From NCBI GenBank assembly GCA_963737155.1, contig CAVTRN010000002.1, forward strand, positions 672,001-736,000: 64,000 nucleotides of DNA, in the 5' to 3' direction. Source of the stretch: Nitrospirota bacterium (GTDB lineage Bacteria > Nitrospirota > UBA9217). Both the position numbers and the translations under genes were made by a program. This document shows, one piece after another, positions 1 to 10,078 of this stretch; the first letter of the stretch is position 1, and every line of letters begins with the position of its first letter. The notes under the pieces are model-generated. The model saw nothing but the letters and a program-made list of their open reading frames with translations. It ran no database searches and was not told where the DNA came from.

Positions 1-2
1 TG

Positions 3-548
3 TGCTCGCGACGAACATTGACGCACGGCCGGATGACGGGTTTCCTCTCTGGCATGGGCGCATCTACGGCTGACGTACTCTACGGCTTTATCGCGGCTTT
101 CGGTCTTACTTTCATATCAGACTTTCTCCACAGTAATCAGTTTTGGATAAGGCTTGCAGGCGGGGCGCTTTTGTGTTTCCTCGGCATCAAAACATACATC
201 GAAAAACCAGAAGGGAAAGCCTATTTACCAGAATTAAATGAAAAAAAACGTATGGCCGTAATATATACATCCACGTTTCTCCTTACGCTTACGAATCCCA
301 TGACCATTTTTTCCTTGGCTGCGGTTTTTGCCGGGTTCGGGATCTCAGGTACGAGGGGGAGCGTCCTCTCCGCGGGAGTTCTAATCCTGGGAGTGTTTCT
401 GGGCTCGATGCTTTGGTGGTTGTTTCTTGTCGGGTTGTTTAGTTTATTCAAGAGAAGGTTCAAAAAACGCGAATTGCGATGGATCAACAGAATAGCGGGC
501 GTGATTATTACGGCAAGCGGTTTGTTTGCGCTCGCCAGTCTGCTCTAA
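3..548 (+). CDS. LysE/RhtB family translocator (5' truncated by window edge)
   Basis: Frame is open from position 3 (CSRRTLTHG...). G.G...AD..YG motif, LTLTNPMTI and GVFLGS..WW; hydrophobic multi-TM protein. Confidence 0.85.
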   Translation, partial: CSRRTLTHGRMTGFLSGMGASTADVLYGFIAAFGLTFISDFLHSNQFWIRLAGGALLCFLGIKTYIEKPEGKAYLPELNEKKRMAVIYTSTFLLTLTNPMTIFSLAAVFAGFGISGTRGSVLSAGVLILGVFLGSMLWWLFLVGLFSLFKRRFKKRELRWINRIAGVIITASGLFALASLL

Positions 549-890
549 ATGTATTGTGTTCCCGTCTGGTTAATATATTCAAAGCACCACGGAACAGGGA
601 TTAAGAACACCAGCCAAAACTAAAAAGAGGTCAGCCGGGTTTTTTACCTCCGCCGACGAATGAACCTGCTGCGCAAGAAGAAAGATGGTGTCGATGAATC
701 TGGGAAACAGAAAAACTTGCTCAGGAAGCTTGAGTCTGATTAGAACGTTATTTCGACACAGGAAGCTCTTATTTGCATTATTGAAGTGTGCCACTTTGAT
801 TTTTCAATAATAATCTCGTTATGAAAAGCCAATTAGAATTTAGAAAATCCCTGCCGTATATTCGTTGAATTTTCTCCCGCGACCTTGCTT

Positions 891-1964
891 TTATCTTTTT
901 CGGAGCAGATATGCATGGGCCGAGAGTCCCGCTCCGAAAGCAACCATGATGCACCATTCTCCTGAAGCAACACCTTGCACCTCAAGCTCTTGCAGCACGA
1001 ACCAGACGGTGGGCGATGACATGTTCCCGTACTTGGAAAGCACAGCACGCGTAGCAGAAACTTGTTCCTCCGACAGTCCGGGCTCGTCTCGGACGGCGTT
1101 TATGATTTTTTCTCCGCCATTGTGGAGGGCCCAGTGTTTGATATCGTTTGGTTTAAGCGAGCGCGGAACGAGGAGGTCGGCAACGACCTGTGCCGTAGCC
1201 TTACGGACCATGTCAGGTAGTCTGACCGAAAGTTGATTGTAAAGCTGTCCGTTTTTGTGGACGTAGCGGATTAATTCGCGCTCTTCCGGCACATACCGCC
1301 TTGCCGAGGCGACAAGCTCATAGCCTTGCGGCCTCGTCCATAGCACGGCGGCAGCAGCACCGTCTCCGAAAAGCGCGTTCGAGAGCAGGAGGCTGAGATC
1401 GTCATCCATCTGGAAAGTAGCGGTACAAATCTCTACGGATACACTTACGATGGCCATACCTTCCCGCTGTTGTAAGAGCGACTCGGAGATTTCGAGGTTG
1501 GGAATCGCCCCGCCACAACCGCTTCCGACCAGGTCGTACGCACGTACGCTGCGCGGGAGGCCAAGCCGCTCGATCAGATATGTTGAAATGCCAGGGCATA
1601 TATAACCCGTACACGTGTTCACGACCAGACCGGCCACCTCACCCTTGCCCAAGCCGGACTTTGCCAGCGCTTTTTCGATCGCCAGCGAAGAAAGTTCCAA
1701 TGACCAGTGCGTAAAACGTGCGATGCGCGCATCGGGGGCCTCATTGACAAGATTTTCAACATCGTCGATGGCGAAGTTACGCCGTTTGATACTCTGATGA
1801 GAGAAGAGCGTGCGGATAACCGACATGCTCAGCGGATTTAACCTCCCCTGATAATGCTTGCGCGCGAGCCGCCCAAGTTCCGCCTGGTCAAGGGTACAAG
1901 GAGGAGTCGCAACAGCCAATGACGCAATATGCGCCCTTGACGCGTTCGCATGCTCATCCATCAT
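891..1964 (-). CDS. Type III polyketide synthase (chalcone/stilbene synthase-like)
   Basis: Cys-His-Asn triad motifs GSGCGGA, WALHNGG and YGNMSS; also NTCTG, EICT, LFGDGAAA and AFGAG. Confidence 0.92.
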   Translation of the reverse strand: MMDEHANASRAHIASLAVATPPCTLDQAELGRLARKHYQGRLNPLSMSVIRTLFSHQSIKRRNFAIDDVENLVNEAPDARIARFTHWSLELSSLAIEKALAKSGLGKGEVAGLVVNTCTGYICPGISTYLIERLGLPRSVRAYDLVGSGCGGAIPNLEISESLLQQREGMAIVSVSVEICTATFQMDDDLSLLLSNALFGDGAAAAVLWTRPQGYELVASARRYVPEERELIRYVHKNGQLYNQLSVRLPDMVRKATAQVVADLLVPRSLKPNDIKHWALHNGGEKIINAVRDEPGLSEEQVSATRAVLSKYGNMSSPTVWFVLQELEVQGVASGEWCIMVAFGAGLSAHAYLLRKR

Positions 1965-2025
1965 ATCGCATTCCTTTCCATGATTCTGATTGATCAGAGG
2001 GGGAGAGACCTGCCCTTGTATTGCC

Positions 2026-3507
2026 TTATATTCGCATCCCCACTGATTTGAGCCCCCTTCGAATAAAACGCGTATAACGCCAGAGCGGTGGTTTAAGCCT
2101 CAGCCAATGTCCCAAGCGGCTTATATGGGGAAGATAGGAAAATGACAGCGATTCGCCGTTCATGAAGTTCATATGGCCGTTCAGGGATTGTTTCACCCGC
2201 GCCATGATCCAATCAGCGTCAACATCGGGAGAAACATAGAAGAGTGGCGCAAGCATACTGCCGGCAGGAAGGGAAAGCACGCCCTGATTGCGTGCGATGG
2301 TTTCCAGTTCGGTCCCTGGATATATGCGGATGCCGATGTTAAACAAAGCGGCATCCTGAGGCCTTATGAACTTCTCCGCGAAGTGCAGTGTTTCTCGCAC
2401 AGTATCACGTGTTTCACCCGGGCCACCGAGCAGGAAAATCCAAAGGCATGGCAGATGGTTGCGTTTTACGACTTCTGCTGCTGCATGAACGTCTCTCGAG
2501 GTAAAGCCTTTTCGAAGCCTCTTCAGGATCGGGTCGGATGCGCTTTCCACCGTAAGCCCCATTCCCACGAAGCCTGCCTGTTCCATAGCAAAGAGCAGAC
2601 GACTATCGAATGATGCCGGGCTCAGTTCGATGCTCTGAAGGCGCGCGCGGTTCTTTGAGCGAATAAGCGACTCACATACCGCAAGGGCATGGTCGTAGGG
2701 AGCATTGAAAACGTTATCAACGAATTCGATGTCGGTTAACCCCGCTGATGCATAACGAAGCGTGGCCTCGGCCACGCTCGCGGGGTCGCATAGCCGGTAG
2801 TCGTCGCCTTCGATCTTTTGGTAGGTGCAGTAGACACACCGAAATCGGCATCCCTGTTTTGTCTGAAGAGGGATCGTCGACAAATAGGAATGATAGGTCT
2901 TCATATTAACCCACCGACTATAATCAGGCCCTGCACAGGAATGCGCAGGACCATCTGCAGGGGTATTTGCACGGTATTTTCCACCCTCCAGGGATGCGAC
3001 ACCTGGCAGACCCTGCCATGGTTCCTTGCGAGCCAGTTTCGCGACCAAAGGGGGAAATATGGCTTCACCGTCTCCTATTACCGCACAGGAAACGCCTGTT
3101 GCGCGCATGATCTCCTCTGGCATGATCATGAGCGAAGCGCCTCCTAGGACAAGGTACGCATTGTTCGCGAACATGCGGATAGCATCAATGAGAGGGATGA
3201 GATCAACGATAAAATTCCGGGGAGCTACCATATCGATGTTGTCAATGTTCCGAACAGAAAGTCCTATGACATCGAACTTCGCCCTGTCGAGCACGGATTT
3301 AAGAGCACGGAGGGGGTTGGCGGCAAACATGAGGTCGAGAAACGATACCCTGTGTCCGGCCCGTTCAGCGGCTTCCGCGATCATGCAGACACCTGAAGGA
3401 AGGACAGGCACGGGATGGGCATTCCGGTTTGTACTGATGAGGAGAATATTCATGCTGCCGACAGCCGCAGGGTTTCCGCTCGGTGTCTTGTTATCCCCTC
3501 TACTCAT
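2026..3507 (-). CDS. B12-binding domain radical SAM protein (lipid-biosynthesis-type)
   Basis: N-terminal ILLISTN...P.PV.P.G and GLSVRNIDN cobalamin-binding domain; CRFRCVYC radical SAM motif. Start overlaps the KS stop (alternative start 3453). Confidence 0.88.
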   Translation of the reverse strand: MSRGDNKTPSGNPAAVGSMNILLISTNRNAHPVPVLPSGVCMIAEAAERAGHRVSFLDLMFAANPLRALKSVLDRAKFDVIGLSVRNIDNIDMVAPRNFIVDLIPLIDAIRMFANNAYLVLGGASLMIMPEEIMRATGVSCAVIGDGEAIFPPLVAKLARKEPWQGLPGVASLEGGKYRANTPADGPAHSCAGPDYSRWVNMKTYHSYLSTIPLQTKQGCRFRCVYCTYQKIEGDDYRLCDPASVAEATLRYASAGLTDIEFVDNVFNAPYDHALAVCESLIRSKNRARLQSIELSPASFDSRLLFAMEQAGFVGMGLTVESASDPILKRLRKGFTSRDVHAAAEVVKRNHLPCLWIFLLGGPGETRDTVRETLHFAEKFIRPQDAALFNIGIRIYPGTELETIARNQGVLSLPAGSMLAPLFYVSPDVDADWIMARVKQSLNGHMNFMNGESLSFSYLPHISRLGHWLRLKPPLWRYTRFIRRGLKSVGMRI

Positions 3508-4732
3508 GTTTCTGCACGATCAGCACGGCGTTTGTTCCACCGAAGGCGAAAGAATTGGACATAGCCCTTCTCATATCAACTCCCGTTCTGGCTTTTCTGG
3601 GCACATAATCGAGATCGCATAGCGGGTCAGGCACCGCCAACGTTGCAGTAGGCGGTATAATCTGATTCTTAAGCGCGAGAACAGCAGCAACAAGCTCCAC
3701 GGCCCCGGCCGCTCCGAGGAGGTGTCCGTGCATGGACTTCGTGGAGCTGATTGGAATATCATAGGCCCGTGGGCCGAATACGTTCTTGATGGCCCGTGTT
3801 TCCACTTCATCATTGGCTATCGTGGCCGTTCCATGGGCGTTGATATAATCGATATGGCCAGGCCCCATCCTTGCCTCATCCAGGGCCGCCTGCATGGCAG
3901 ACGACTGGCCTACCATGGAGGGTTTCGTGATATGCTCTCCATCCGCGGAAGAACCGTAGCCAACTACCTCTCCGTAAATGCGGGCACCCCGCGTCATCGC
4001 CCGGTCCCATGATTCCAATACCAGGGCAGCAGCTCCCTCACCCAACACGAACCCTGTTCGGTCCTTGGAAAAAGGTCTGCAGGATGTCGATGGGTCTTCT
4101 GCTTCCAAGGCCAATGTCCCTATCGATTCCCAACTCATCATAATGCCGCAGGTAAGGAGCGATTCAGCGCCTCCGGCCAGCATGACATCGGTGTATCCGT
4201 GTTTGATCGATCGGAAGGCTTCTCCGATGGCGACTGATGAAGAGGAACATGCTGTGGAAAAGGTAAGACAGGGGCCTTTCAATCCATATTCGATGGAGAT
4301 GGCGGAAGCAGCAGCATTATTCATCACCATTACGATGGTGAGCGGATGCAGCCGCTTGACCTTGTGCTCAAAAAGCTGGACATAGGAGTCTTCAAGGGTT
4401 TTCGCTCCTCCCATACCTGTCCCAAGATAGACACCGGCACGCCTCTTGTTCTCCTCGGAAAGCTGTATCCCGGCGTCCTTCCAGGCCTGTGAGGCTGCGG
4501 CAAGGGCGAACTGGCTCACTCGGTCCAGCGTGCGGGCAATCTTTTTCGGGAAATGCTCCTCAACAATAAAATCCACCTCGGCGGCGATTCTTGTAGACAA
4601 CCGTTCCGAGAAGCACGAATGCATTCTCTTGATTCCCGATTTACCCGCTGCGATGCTGTCAAAAAATGTTTCACACGAATTCCCCAGCGGGGAAATAATG
4701 CCCATCCCTGTTATGGCTACCCGTCTCCTCAT
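3500..4732 (-). CDS. fabF: Beta-ketoacyl-ACP synthase II-type ketosynthase
   Basis: RRVAITGMG, TACSSS (catalytic Cys), NAHGTAT, KSMHGHLLGA and SNSFAFGGTN. Probably a cluster-dedicated paralog. Confidence 0.9.
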   Translation of the reverse strand: MRRRVAITGMGIISPLGNSCETFFDSIAAGKSGIKRMHSCFSERLSTRIAAEVDFIVEEHFPKKIARTLDRVSQFALAAASQAWKDAGIQLSEENKRRAGVYLGTGMGGAKTLEDSYVQLFEHKVKRLHPLTIVMVMNNAAASAISIEYGLKGPCLTFSTACSSSSVAIGEAFRSIKHGYTDVMLAGGAESLLTCGIMMSWESIGTLALEAEDPSTSCRPFSKDRTGFVLGEGAAALVLESWDRAMTRGARIYGEVVGYGSSADGEHITKPSMVGQSSAMQAALDEARMGPGHIDYINAHGTATIANDEVETRAIKNVFGPRAYDIPISSTKSMHGHLLGAAGAVELVAAVLALKNQIIPPTATLAVPDPLCDLDYVPRKARTGVDMRRAMSNSFAFGGTNAVLIVQKHE

Positions 4733-4748
4733 TTAGACGTCCTGGTGA

Positions 4749-5024
4749 TCATCTTGCCTTTTCTTGCTCGCGGAGCAAGCTTTCAATAACATTGATAATG
4801 TCCTGGATGGAATTAAGCGTAATTTCGCGATCGGGGATTTTAACATTGAATTCCTTTTCCAGGTCAAACAGAAATTCAATCTTGTCCAGCGAGTCGAGGC
4901 CTATGCTCTCGATTGTTGATTCCGGTTGGAGCATCTCGGCGGGAAAATCGTAGTTTTTTTGAAAAAGGCGTTTGACCCTTTCTAAGGTGCTCACCGGTTT
5001 CTCCCCGTCATGAGAAAATATCAA
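4749..5024 (-). CDS. Acyl carrier protein
   Basis: GLDSLD phosphopantetheine attachment motif; small acidic protein next to the KS. Confidence 0.9.
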   Translation of the reverse strand: MIFSHDGEKPVSTLERVKRLFQKNYDFPAEMLQPESTIESIGLDSLDKIEFLFDLEKEFNVKIPDREITLNSIQDIINVIESLLREQEKAR

Positions 5025-5041
5025 AAGCAGAGTTCAATGAG

Positions 5042-6286
5042 TCAGAATTTTAGTTGCGTTTTTTTAAGACCCCACATCTCACCGGAATACATGTCGCCGA
5101 ATGCGTCCTCGTAGAGCTTAAGAAGCTCGGCGCGGTATGCCTCGTCGATTGTAACTGCCTTCCTTGCATACGAAGCGCACCAGCCGCAGGTTCCGCAGTC
5201 GGTCGAACGGCAGTTCCTATCCTTGAAGCCGGGGATGAAACCGGCCAATTTCCCGTTGTCGATATGAACGGGATCTCCCTCGAGAGGTGCAAGCATTCCA
5301 CGCCTGATGGTGAGGTCCTTAAGCTTCATGAGCTTCGACAGCCGGACCGTCTGCGGCCTGAACATATACTTCCACTTGTTAAATGGCCCTCTTGAGAGGG
5401 ACGCATCGCTTTTTTCTTTGTAGCCGAAAGGCTGTATGAGATCAAGGAGGTTCCCGTCGTACCGCCCCTCGGAGTAGGCTTTTATTCTTCTCATCAATAC
5501 GGGCGTGGGTGCGCCCCGTTCCAATACCTTGAAAGAGTCATAACCCATATCGAGATAAAGACCCAGATCCTCGGGCCTGATGAACTCGGAGCGCAGGTAC
5601 TGCATCGGATCTTTCAGCTTATCGTAGGAGCATTTCAACACGCACCAGTCTATCATGAATCCCCGTGTCGGGTGCCCCGTCTGCGATGCATGGGAGAGAT
5701 TCACCATATGCTGGCCCGAGAGAGGACAGAAAAGCTGGCAGTTTGCATTTACGATGAGCTGCAGCTCTATATTGAGTTTCCTCCGGAGAGCTGCGAGCAG
5801 TTCGAAGTCGCGGTTGACGCTCAGCGACTCAAGCGTTATGCAGTCCGCTCCGCCTTCCTCCCAGAACCTGGCCTTGACAATGCTGTCGACGCGGGCATAT
5901 ACGCCCACACGGACCTTAAGCCGCGGATGGCGCTTCTTTATTATTGGCAACAAAAAGGGAAGCGATATCGTTACGGCACTCACCCCCGCGCCCTCGATGT
6001 ATTCTAAGAGTGTCTCAATCTTTCTCTGCCCCTGCCTGGTGTACTCGAGGTTGTTCATGCATGCAGGATTGAGGAGATAATTGAATCCTATGCCTTTCGA
6101 TCGAGCCGTCTGGACATGGAGCTCAAACCGTTTGCGCGAGAGCGGCGGCAGCGCAAAGGATGCCCTACCGCCGCCAACCGGGTCGCATGACAGCTTTCCA
6201 AAGACCTCTGTCACCGGATAAACCGAAATGGCATCAAGGAGGCCGTCATCGAAATTGGTCGCGACCGACAGTCCGAATTTCTTCAT
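5042..6286 (-). CDS. Peptidase U32 family Fe-S protein (UbiU/TrhP-like hydroxylase fold)
   Basis: Likely start ATG 6286 (MKKFGLSVATNFD), directly after the upstream stop. FNYLLN..C, NANCQLFCP, DWCVLKC, FIRPEDL..Y, FKVLER; C-terminal CxxxxCxxCxxC. Confidence 0.82.
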   Translation of the reverse strand: MKKFGLSVATNFDDGLLDAISVYPVTEVFGKLSCDPVGGGRASFALPPLSRKRFELHVQTARSKGIGFNYLLNPACMNNLEYTRQGQRKIETLLEYIEGAGVSAVTISLPFLLPIIKKRHPRLKVRVGVYARVDSIVKARFWEEGGADCITLESLSVNRDFELLAALRRKLNIELQLIVNANCQLFCPLSGQHMVNLSHASQTGHPTRGFMIDWCVLKCSYDKLKDPMQYLRSEFIRPEDLGLYLDMGYDSFKVLERGAPTPVLMRRIKAYSEGRYDGNLLDLIQPFGYKEKSDASLSRGPFNKWKYMFRPQTVRLSKLMKLKDLTIRRGMLAPLEGDPVHIDNGKLAGFIPGFKDRNCRSTDCGTCGWCASYARKAVTIDEAYRAELLKLYEDAFGDMYSGEMWGLKKTQLKF

Positions 6287-6287
6287 C

Positions 6288-7016
6288 TCAGCCCTTCCTC
6301 CCGGAGAGCACCATAAGCCAGAACGGTTCTGCTGCAACTTTGCAGCCGGTAAGACCCGCTTTTCCGGCCAGGGTCTCAAGCTCGGGAACCGTGAATGACC
6401 GGAGAACCGACAATGGCCCATCATGCCAGGTAATCCTATTCCTTGTAAAGAGCCTAGTAAGCATTGTGATGAGCGCCCATGCCACCCAGCTCCGTCTGAG
6501 ATCCAGGACAATATAACCGATGGCAGCTACTCTGCCTATTTCCTGCAGCAGCCTGAGCGTGGCCTCCTCATCGAAGTGGTGAAGAGTTTTGGCGCACAAT
6601 ACAACGTCGAAGCTTTCATTTTCGAACGGAAGCGAAAAGCAGTCGGCGACGGCAACAGTAATTTCAGGGTACCCCACAGTGAAAGCAGCTGCTTCGCGGA
6701 CTGCGATGGGGTTGTTATCAACGGCGGTTACGTTGATCCGAAGTCCCCTCTTGCGGGCCCATCTGACAATGGCGGCAGGAATATCGGCTGAGCCAGTCGC
6801 GATGTCCAGCACTCTGATCGATCTGGCTAGTGTTCCCGCATCAGCCTGTAAAAGGGACGAAAAGTGCTTGAGCGTCGTGCGATAATCGCCTAGAAAACGG
6901 TTGACTTTTCTTATGTCCGCAAGGCTTCCGGTATATTCGTGCAGGTTATCATTCTCAATGGGGAGGTCTATCAGCTCCGGGCTTCGCCTCCGCTCAGGCA
7001 ACAACGACATTATCAT
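6288..7016 (-). CDS. Class I SAM-dependent methyltransferase (type III PKS-associated family)
   Basis: VLDIATGSADIP SAM motif; E.ID...L..I..VNRFLG, LHHF, DLRRS and HDGPLSVLRSFT. Confidence 0.88.
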   Translation of the reverse strand: MIMSLLPERRRSPELIDLPIENDNLHEYTGSLADIRKVNRFLGDYRTTLKHFSSLLQADAGTLARSIRVLDIATGSADIPAAIVRWARKRGLRINVTAVDNNPIAVREAAAFTVGYPEITVAVADCFSLPFENESFDVVLCAKTLHHFDEEATLRLLQEIGRVAAIGYIVLDLRRSWVAWALITMLTRLFTRNRITWHDGPLSVLRSFTVPELETLAGKAGLTGCKVAAEPFWLMVLSGRKG

Positions 7017-7788
7017 CGAAAGATCTTTCTCTGGAGGGTAGGCGATGCGGGATTGGTTCCTTGAGAATCATAATAGTACTAATTATAGCATGTACAAATT
7101 GTGATTTTTTCAGATCAAGGGGGACCACATACTTTTTTATCCGCATGACAATCAGCTAAGATTTCCTCATGCTGATTCTTATGCAAGCAGCTTTCAAAAT
7201 GGTGATTCGGCGGCTGAAATTGGGTTTCCTGTCCGAGAAGACGTGTTTGACTGAACAGGCGAATCCTGCGGTAATTAAAAAAGCCATAGTTCTAGCACTT
7301 GGCGTCATATCCCGCAGGTAAGCCAATCCGGTGAAATCGCAACGAACCTGAGTTCTTTATGGACAGATGCTGCGGATTTGGGGTTAACGTGTATCAGGTG
7401 CAAGGAAAGGTGACTGAGATAATTCCCCCGGCTCAAGGATCTGTGCTGTTTGTCACAAGAAGACGGCAAGGATAGAATTTTCATCTGCTTTCGGTATGGT
7501 ATACTGAAAATTAGTTGGCGCTGCTCGACTCTTGCAAAAAAGTACAACTACATTTCCAAGAGTGAGCATGCTGGAAACTAGGCAAGAACGTCAGGAAGAA
7601 CGGCGTGATTCGACGATTGTCTGAATAATAATAACCGATTAACGAACAGGATGTTGCTTCAAGGGGAAACGCAGATGTGCGAAACCACGCGCTTAACCGC
7701 ATATAGCAAGTTAATGGGATATATAAAAGTGTTTATATGCGCCACGCGGTCGGGTTATATGAATTTAAAAACAGCAGAGGGGAACGAT

Positions 7789-8739
7789 ATGAAACGGATG
7801 AAAGCAATGCCAACGATTGTTGTGATATTTGTTGCTGCTTTTTCTCTTTTACCAGCGTTTGCTGGAGCTGCCAATAATTCAGATCTGCTCGTTGATGCGG
7901 GGTGGCTTGCCGGCAAGCCTAACGTGGTTATAGTGGATGTAAGGGCCAGCGATGCGTACCTGAAGGTGCACATTGCCGGTGCGATAAACATAGACGTGAA
8001 TGACCTCCAGACCAAACCCGATGCTATCATGTTTCCTGTCGCCCGGGAGGAGAAGATACTCGGGGAGAAAGGCCTTGATATAAACAGCAATGTTGTTTTG
8101 TACGGTGCCGGGAGGGAAATGGCATATCTGGAATTCTGGATGTTTGATTATCTGGGGATGACCAAGATCCATATCTTAAACGGCGGTCTAGAAGAATGGA
8201 AGGGGGAGCTTTCAACCGAAGAGGTAAAACTTCCGTCTACCGTATTCAAAGCAAAACCCGATCCGTCAAGATATGCCACAACTACCTATGTTCGCGCGCA
8301 CCTCAGGAAGCCGGATGTCGTACTTCTTGACGCCCGTACTGCCGGTGAATATCAGGGGACGGATGTGAGGTCATTACGGGGCGGGCATATCCCCGGAGCT
8401 ATAAACTTGAATTATGCGGAGAACTTCCAGAACGACACGACGAATCTCAAATCCATTGAAGAATTAAAAAAGATGTATGCAAAAATAGACCCCAAAAAGG
8501 AGGTAGTTACTTATTGCCAAACTGGAACCAGGGCGGCAAATTCCTATTTTGTACTGCGAGAACTGGGTTTTCCGAAGGTCAGGGTCTATGATGCATCATG
8601 GATTGAATGGGGAAGTAACTCTAGCCTTCCCGCCGATGATGTGAGCTACTTTAATTTTGTTTCCGTCTTGAACTCAATTAAAGAACTGCAAAGGGAAATA
8701 ACGGATCTCGAAGAAAAGCAGGCTGCGGGCGTGAAATAA
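7789..8739 (+). CDS. Exported tandem-domain rhodanese/sulfurtransferase
   Basis: RBS GAGGGG before ATG 7789; Sec-type signal peptide (..LLPAFAGA); HIAGA, GGHIPGA, active-site YCQTGTRA and YDASWIEW. Confidence 0.88.
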   Translation: MKRMKAMPTIVVIFVAAFSLLPAFAGAANNSDLLVDAGWLAGKPNVVIVDVRASDAYLKVHIAGAINIDVNDLQTKPDAIMFPVAREEKILGEKGLDINSNVVLYGAGREMAYLEFWMFDYLGMTKIHILNGGLEEWKGELSTEEVKLPSTVFKAKPDPSRYATTTYVRAHLRKPDVVLLDARTAGEYQGTDVRSLRGGHIPGAINLNYAENFQNDTTNLKSIEELKKMYAKIDPKKEVVTYCQTGTRAANSYFVLRELGFPKVRVYDASWIEWGSNSSLPADDVSYFNFVSVLNSIKELQREITDLEEKQAAGVK

Positions 8740-8812
8740 CAAAAAATGAAGCGGCTTGAATATTAGAAATTACGTCTCTCCCCGAGGATGGGGTTATCGT
8801 ACCTGTCGTTAA

Positions 8813-9616
8813 TTAATTTTTGCCTCCTGCAAGTTCTCCTTGTGTGGTTTTACGTGCGATGAGAAAGAGCCTTTTAAATGGATAGAGAATTCGCCCGTCG
8901 CTTTGAGGATGGTACTGTTCTTGAGAGGCAGTTAATACTGTCTGCTCGAATTCCCCCCTAGAATCATCGGTCGGCAGGCTCTCGAGAAAAGGTTTCATCG
9001 CGGTGCTCTTATACCACTCAACAAGATTTTGGTGGGATTTCAAAATGTGATAGTAAGTCGTTTCCCAAAGGGTGATGTCCTTCGTTAAGGAAACGAGCTG
9101 CTCATAATAATATGTGGCATTATGGTGCGTTATCAGCCCGTCGCAACCAGAGGTGAACGTACTCCATTTACTGTTCTGGGCAACTTTCAATATGATTTTG
9201 TATAAAGGCGATTCGTAATTAGCAGGCACCTGGATCGCCAGTATCCCGTTGTTCCTTACTATTTGGAACAATCGCGAAATTAACCTCGGGTGATCAGAGA
9301 TCCATTGTATAGCCGCATTGGAAAAAACAATATCATATGCCCGGTCAGTTTCCACTCTTGAAGCATCCCCTATCACCCATGTTTGACCAGGATAATCCGT
9401 GCGCGCTCGTTCTATCATCTTAACGGATTTGTCGAGGCCGACGATGTCGGCGTAAGGCCATCGCTTGCGCAGGACCTGGGTACTGTTTCCTGGGCCGCAG
9501 CCTATATCGATAATAGATTCGGGATCGGCCAGGGGAATTCGTAACACGAGGTCTATGGATGGCTGCGTTCTTTCTTGCTCAAACTGCAGGTACTGTTCTG
9601 GATCCCAATTGTGCAT
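8813..9616 (-). CDS. tam: Trans-aconitate 2-methyltransferase-like
   Basis: MHNWDPEQYLQFEQERTQP, DIGCGPGNST, FSNAAIQW and YPFKRLF. Start inferred at 9616. Confidence 0.85.
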   Translation of the reverse strand: MHNWDPEQYLQFEQERTQPSIDLVLRIPLADPESIIDIGCGPGNSTQVLRKRWPYADIVGLDKSVKMIERARTDYPGQTWVIGDASRVETDRAYDIVFSNAAIQWISDHPRLISRLFQIVRNNGILAIQVPANYESPLYKIILKVAQNSKWSTFTSGCDGLITHHNATYYYEQLVSLTKDITLWETTYYHILKSHQNLVEWYKSTAMKPFLESLPTDDSRGEFEQTVLTASQEQYHPQSDGRILYPFKRLFLIARKTTQGELAGGKN

Positions 9617-10078
9617 TGCAACCCTTCCGTTATTCCAGACAGCTCTGTCAATTGTACTGCAATCGCTGCAATCAAAAAAGTGATGAACACTGCAGGGCAA
9701 ACAGCATCGAAGGCGCCGGTTCTATAAAACAGGGGACTTGAAAATATTTTGTGATTAAATTGAGATTTTAAGCTCAGGGGATATATGTGTCAAATAATAT
9801 CTTCCAGAGAAGACCTCCGCCAATCGCCGGCTGAGGGAAAGGGTACCGCGGAGGAGGTGGACGGTTCTCGGTGTTCGGTCCGGGAGGTTCAAATTATAAA
9901 GCAATTGCGGAAACTGATCTTCCCAGGGATGGTGCCTAGGATTATGGTCGCTGTTGTTTCATGCATGACTCGATTGGGCAAGCATTGCGCAAACAATTCA
10001 AAATTTATGCTGCAATTTCACGAAGATTATGCTGTCGCGGGCTATAGGATGTGCTTTCCCGCCGTACACTGCCTCTTA

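Noticed and set aside
6287-6511. N-terminal extension of the U32 ORF, and similar extensions at 7651, 9700, 43374, 48331, 49587, 55141 and 63456
   Set aside because: They overlap neighbouring genes or lack family similarity; downstream starts with an RBS or stop-start coupling fit better.
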